In this document: positions 7,104-10,169 of the stretch, one piece after another
Layout of the letters: every line of letters starts with the position of its first letter
How positions within the stretch are numbered: the stretch's first letter is position 1
Source: Polyangiales bacterium
Lineage (GTDB): Bacteria > Myxococcota_A > Polyangia > Polyangiales > Houyiibacteriaceae
Direction of reading: 5' to 3'
Assembly: GCA_045106895.1 (NCBI GenBank)
Contig: JBGCFM010000067.1
Coordinates: 1-10,169, forward strand
Length of the DNA stretch: 10,169 nt
The notes under the pieces: generated by a model
Database searches by the model: none
What the model saw: only the letters and a program-made list of their open reading frames with translations
What the model was told of the DNA's origin: nothing
Program-made: the position numbers and the translations under genes

Positions 7104-8158
7104 TCATCAACATGGACGGCCTCAGCCACGTGGAGATCATTCGCAGCCGCCCGGCGATGTACGTCGGCGACGTCCACAACTCGACAGGGCCTCATCACAT
7201 GCTCTTGGAAGTCCTGGCCAACTCCATCGACGAGCACATCGCAGGGCGCTGCACGTGTGTGGAAGTGACGATGCATGCCGACGGTTCCCTCAGCGTCTCC
7301 GACGATGGCGCTGGCATCTCCCTGAAGGCGAACGAGACCGGCGTGTCGTGGCTGGAGAGCGTTCTTACGACCCTGCACCAGACGCCGACCGCCGATGGCC
7401 ACGCGCCTCACGTTCACCTTCGTACAAGTCACATCGGGCTTTGCATGGTGTCTGCGCTTTCGTCCTCGCTCTCAGCAGAGGTGCGGCGGGACGGTCAGAC
7501 TTGGCGAATCGAGCTTGAGGAAGGTCGCGTCACAAAGAGGCTGACCCAGGTGGGGCCCGCCGACACGAGCGGGACCACGATTCGTTTTAGGCCGGACCCC
7601 GCGATCTTCGCGATGCCGGAGTTTGAGCTAGAGGCGGTGACGCGCCGCGTGCGGGAACTCGCTGGGCTCTTGCCGGGCCTGACCACGCGCTTCTCGGCGG
7701 ACCGCTACGAGTACGCCTCCAGCAAAGGCGTCGCTCAGCTTCTCACAAAGGTGGACGCTCTTGGGCATCGTTACGGACCCGCTACGGGGGAAGCCCAGGA
7801 TGGCGAAACGTCAGCCCAGGTCGCTGTTCAGTGGCTCGATTGGCCCAACGAGACGCACGTTCTTGGCTACTGCAACCTTCACCCGGCTTCCGAGGGAACC
7901 CACATCGACGGGTTCCGCCAAGGCCTCGCCGACGCCCTCGGGCGTGAAGACCATGAGGCGGTCTACGACGCGCTCGCCCGTGGTCTAGGCGCCGTCATCT
8001 CCGTCCTCGTCATCAACCCCGAGTACCAGTCGCCGACGCGTTCCAACCTCGCGTCCAAGGAAGCCTTCGTCGTCGTTTACGAAGCAACGAAACGCGCCCT
8101 TGCGGCAGACGCTGCGCTTCGTGAGTACCTCAAGGCGCGCCTTGAGCGGCTTGAGTAA
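7100..8158 (+). CDS. Second stand-alone GyrB/ParE-like ATPase + transducer fragment (352 aa), paralog of the upstream gene
   Basis: ATG 7100 overlaps the upstream TGA (ATGA). Motifs IRSRPAMYVGD, HHMLLEVLANSIDE, VSDDGAGI, GTTIRFRPD, EGTHIDGFR, INPEYQSPTR. Ends at TAA 8156-8158 with no TOPRIM domain. Confidence 0.92.
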   Translation: MIINMDGLSHVEIIRSRPAMYVGDVHNSTGPHHMLLEVLANSIDEHIAGRCTCVEVTMHADGSLSVSDDGAGISLKANETGVSWLESVLTTLHQTPTADGHAPHVHLRTSHIGLCMVSALSSSLSAEVRRDGQTWRIELEEGRVTKRLTQVGPADTSGTTIRFRPDPAIFAMPEFELEAVTRRVRELAGLLPGLTTRFSADRYEYASSKGVAQLLTKVDALGHRYGPATGEAQDGETSAQVAVQWLDWPNETHVLGYCNLHPASEGTHIDGFRQGLADALGREDHEAVYDALARGLGAVISVLVINPEYQSPTRSNLASKEAFVVVYEATKRALAADAALREYLKARLERLE

Positions 8159-8160
8159 GG

Positions 8161-8377
8161 CTGCTCATCAAGCCAACGTCATATGTCAGGCAGGACAGAG
8201 ATGTACGTGGAGAGCACAGTCGAGGTGCTCCGGATCCAGAAACAGAAGCGGAGCCTGAGCTCCAAGCCTTAGCCGGAGCCGGAACCCGAGCCGGAACCCG
8301 AACCAGAACCCGAGCCAGAACCCGAGCCGGAACCCGAGCCGGTCTCAGACGCCGAGGTTCCTCCTACGTTCGACTAG
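8161..8377 (+). pseudogene. Decayed coding fragment(s): RTEMYV (GyrB-start-like) followed by an interrupted Glu-Pro linker and C-terminus
   Basis: One frame reads APDPETEAEPE (8227-8259). After a 1-nt shift it reads KP*P(EP)11VSDAEVPPTFD*, with TAG 8270-8272 where GAG would fit the repeat and a final TAG at 8375-8377. Confidence 0.5.
8276..8341 (+). repeat. Tandem hexamer repeat (GARCCN)x11 encoding (Glu-Pro)11
   Basis: gagccg gaaccc gagccg gaaccc gaacca gaaccc gagcca gaaccc gagccg gaaccc gagccg; variation occurs only at synonymous third positions. Confidence 0.92.
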
Positions 8378-8457
8378 CGTCTAGGGACACCTCATGTTGG
8401 TGGGTTCCTTCTCTGCCGGATACCTACTCCTCAAGGTCGTATGCTACGCACCCGGAG

Positions 8458-8940
8458 ATGAACGCGAAGAGCACAGACGTGATCACGATCTCCGTGGTCG
8501 ACGGGACTGCACTTGAACTTCGCGTCGGCTTTGACGTGGGCCTCTACTCGCGCGTCGATGTCGAGGCGTGGGTGGAGCGCCGAATCCTCGAAGAAGAGTC
8601 GCCGGCGGAGGAGCTCTTGGAACTTGCGACGTTGAGCCCTCGAAGTGACTCGGAGATCGCGTTGCTCCTCGATGGGCTTGTGCCGCAGAAGAGCGACACC
8701 TTCGCGCTTTACGTGCGATCCGTCGCGAGGATGTTCCACGCCAAACGACTCAGCCCTCGCGCGGCTCTCGAGTTACTTTGCGGGCAGGCTTCGTACCCAG
8801 GCAGCGTGGCCGAAGAAGAAGTGCTGCGCCTCGAAGTGAACATGGACCTGGTGGCCCAGGGGATCCTCGACGTTTCCGATGCGGAAGAGGAGATTGCAGA
8901 CTTCCTCACGCGCTCCGTGAACGAGCGTAGCGACGCCTAG
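8458..8940 (+). CDS. Hypothetical acidic alpha-helical protein (160 aa; start uncertain)
   Basis: Natural-looking ORF with a GLYSRVDVEAWVERRILEEESPAEELLELA motif and an Asp/Glu-rich composition; no signal peptide. No family recognised with confidence. Confidence 0.75.
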   Translation: MNAKSTDVITISVVDGTALELRVGFDVGLYSRVDVEAWVERRILEEESPAEELLELATLSPRSDSEIALLLDGLVPQKSDTFALYVRSVARMFHAKRLSPRAALELLCGQASYPGSVAEEEVLRLEVNMDLVAQGILDVSDAEEEIADFLTRSVNERSDA

Positions 8941-8961
8941 GACTTCACTCGGGGGGCTTCA

Positions 8962-9006
8962 TCTTGCGTGCGCCTCTTGCGTGCGGCGCCTGATTCCTAT
9001 TAGGTC
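8962..9006 (+). promoter_or_regulatory. Putative promoter of the DUF1877-like gene, with an 11-bp direct repeat over the -35 region
   Basis: TCTTGCGTGCG at 8962-8972 and 8975-8985; TTGCGT (8977-8982), 18 nt, TAGGTC (9001-9006), 6 nt, ATG 9013. Confidence 0.4.
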
Positions 9007-9012
9007 CGAAGC

Positions 9013-9438
9013 ATGAGCATGTACATCGAGCTGGCGCGCCTGGGGACCGAAGGACAGAAGGCGCTGAGTGCAGACGCGACGGCGACGTGCAGCGCGCTCT
9101 TCTTTGGCGAAGGAGAGCCGCCGGCGGACTTCGACAGCGCCCACTCCATAGGCCTCGACTACCGAACGCTCTTGGCGATGGTGGAAGGCATGGAGGAGGC
9201 GGAGATCGACTGCCGCTGGACCCGCTGCGTCATGGGCGAAGGCGACGAAGGAAGCGAAGTGGACTTCGAGTTTACGTACGGCCCTGCGTACGTCTTCTCG
9301 CCGAAAGAGGTCGTCGCCATCGCCGAGGGTCTAGCCACGGAAGCGTGGGACCCCGAAGACGACTTTGAGGAGAACATCGCGCGCTTCTTCGCTCATGCGG
9401 CGAAAGAGGGCCAGGCCATCGTCGGCGGCGTGAACTGA
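9013..9438 (+). CDS. DUF1877 / YfbM-like family protein
   Basis: N-terminal MSMYIELARL, central YGPAYVFSPKEVVAIAEGL and C-terminal IARFFAHAAKEGQAIV match the recalled DUF1877 pattern (MGM...YGP.R.L.P.EV..IA..L...F...AA..G.A). Confidence 0.72.
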   Translation: MSMYIELARLGTEGQKALSADATATCSALFFGEGEPPADFDSAHSIGLDYRTLLAMVEGMEEAEIDCRWTRCVMGEGDEGSEVDFEFTYGPAYVFSPKEVVAIAEGLATEAWDPEDDFEENIARFFAHAAKEGQAIVGGVN

Positions 9439-9450
9439 GCTCAGGCTTCG

Positions 9451-10095
9451 CTAGCGGATACGAAAGGTGACGCCTACTTCGGCGACGAGCTGAGTAAAGT
9501 ACACGTGGCGCCGACGGTCTGGGAGGGTACTTGGGAAGAAGTCGCTGCGTTCGAACCCGGTCGCGATGACGACGCCGACACGGCGCGACACCCAGGTGAT
9601 GAGCCCAAGGCGGACGCCCCAGCTGGGACCGAAGGACGTGCCTTGGTCCATGACCACCGCTGAGCCGATGAGCTGTGGATCGACGGCGTCGATGCCCGCC
9701 ATCAGAAAGAGGTAGGGTTCGATGCTCACGACATCGTCGCGCCGAAACTGGAACTCGTAGTGCACGCCGACGCCGATCTGAACGGAGAAAAGGTCGTGGG
9801 GCCCGCCGGCGCCTTCGGCTTTAACGGATCGCCACTGCAGTGAGGGCCGAAAGAGGAAGAAGCGACCGAGGGCGATGTCTGCGCGAAAGTACGCGCCGGA
9901 AGAGGGCGACATGCGCAGTTCGTCGCCGAAGTCGGCGGGAAGCTCACCTTTGAGACGGCCCAGCGCGCCGAGATGAAAGCCCGCGTCGAAACGAAGAATG
10001 GGCGTGACTCGGCTCTCGTCGATGGGGGCGGCGTGGGCCGTGGCGGAGGCGAAGGTGGAAGCCAACACAAGTAGGAACGCGCCGGCTCGAGTCAT
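9451..10095 (-). CDS. Small outer-membrane beta-barrel protein (about 8 strands, OmpA/OmpW-like)
   Basis: Signal peptide MTRAGAFLLVLASTFASATAHA; amphipathic strands GAYFRADIAL, FSVQIGVGVHYEF, IEPYLFLMAGI, WGVRLGLITW, VGVVIATGF; terminal strand LVAEVGVTFRIR. Confidence 0.78.
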   Translation of the reverse strand: MTRAGAFLLVLASTFASATAHAAPIDESRVTPILRFDAGFHLGALGRLKGELPADFGDELRMSPSSGAYFRADIALGRFFLFRPSLQWRSVKAEGAGGPHDLFSVQIGVGVHYEFQFRRDDVVSIEPYLFLMAGIDAVDPQLIGSAVVMDQGTSFGPSWGVRLGLITWVSRRVGVVIATGFERSDFFPSTLPDRRRHVYFTQLVAEVGVTFRIR

Positions 10096-10169
10096 CGATG
10101 CACGACCTACCAGAAAGAATACCTACAGCAACGGGCGCGTGGCTCTCGTCACGGCGCTCGTCTCCGCGC

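Noticed and set aside
6039..8158. Calling the pair gyrB/parE, or one frameshifted gyrB
   Set aside because: The second ORF repeats the ATPase domain rather than continuing into TOPRIM, and key motifs are altered, so no gene symbol is assigned.
8273..8345. CRISPR array, or a minus-strand (Gly-Ser)n ORF, at the tandem repeat
   Set aside because: The hexamer units have no spacers and no cas genes are present. The minus-strand GS frame has an upstream TAG and no start codon.
1..10169. Mobile element, prophage, tRNA or rRNA
   Set aside because: No transposase, integrase, phage gene, terminal inverted repeats or structural RNA signature was recognised.

Overview
GC-rich bacterial DNA that looks like an accessory region of a myxobacterium (Myxococcota, Polyangia-like); the taxon is inferred from the Cys-rich lipoproteins and TSP3/PSI-like repeats. 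It holds about 11 genes: a Cys-rich lipoprotein running off the left edge (absent from the ORF track), a Pro-rich membrane-anchored protein, a Tyr-type/sigma-like glutathione S-transferase, a lipoprotein M4 (thermolysin-family) metalloprotease with TSP3 and five PSI-like repeats, a small lipoprotein, a secreted coiled-coil protein with Cys every 13 residues, two tandem ATGA-coupled stand-alone GyrB-like ATPase genes, an acidic hypothetical protein, a DUF1877/YfbM-like protein and a small outer-membrane beta-barrel. The most notable item is the GyrB-like pair. Both genes encode only the GHKL ATPase and transducer domains, with no TOPRIM and no gyrA/parC in the window. Their defects are complementary: copy 1 keeps the N-terminal dimerisation strap but has lost the catalytic Glu and switch Lys, while copy 2 keeps the Glu but lacks the strap and has a His-rich lid. 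Also seen: a collapsed relic of the secreted-protein gene at 2250-2344, a decayed fragment with an (EP)11 repeat after the GyrB pair, and -10 boxes 5-8 nt before most start codons, suggesting widespread leaderless transcripts.
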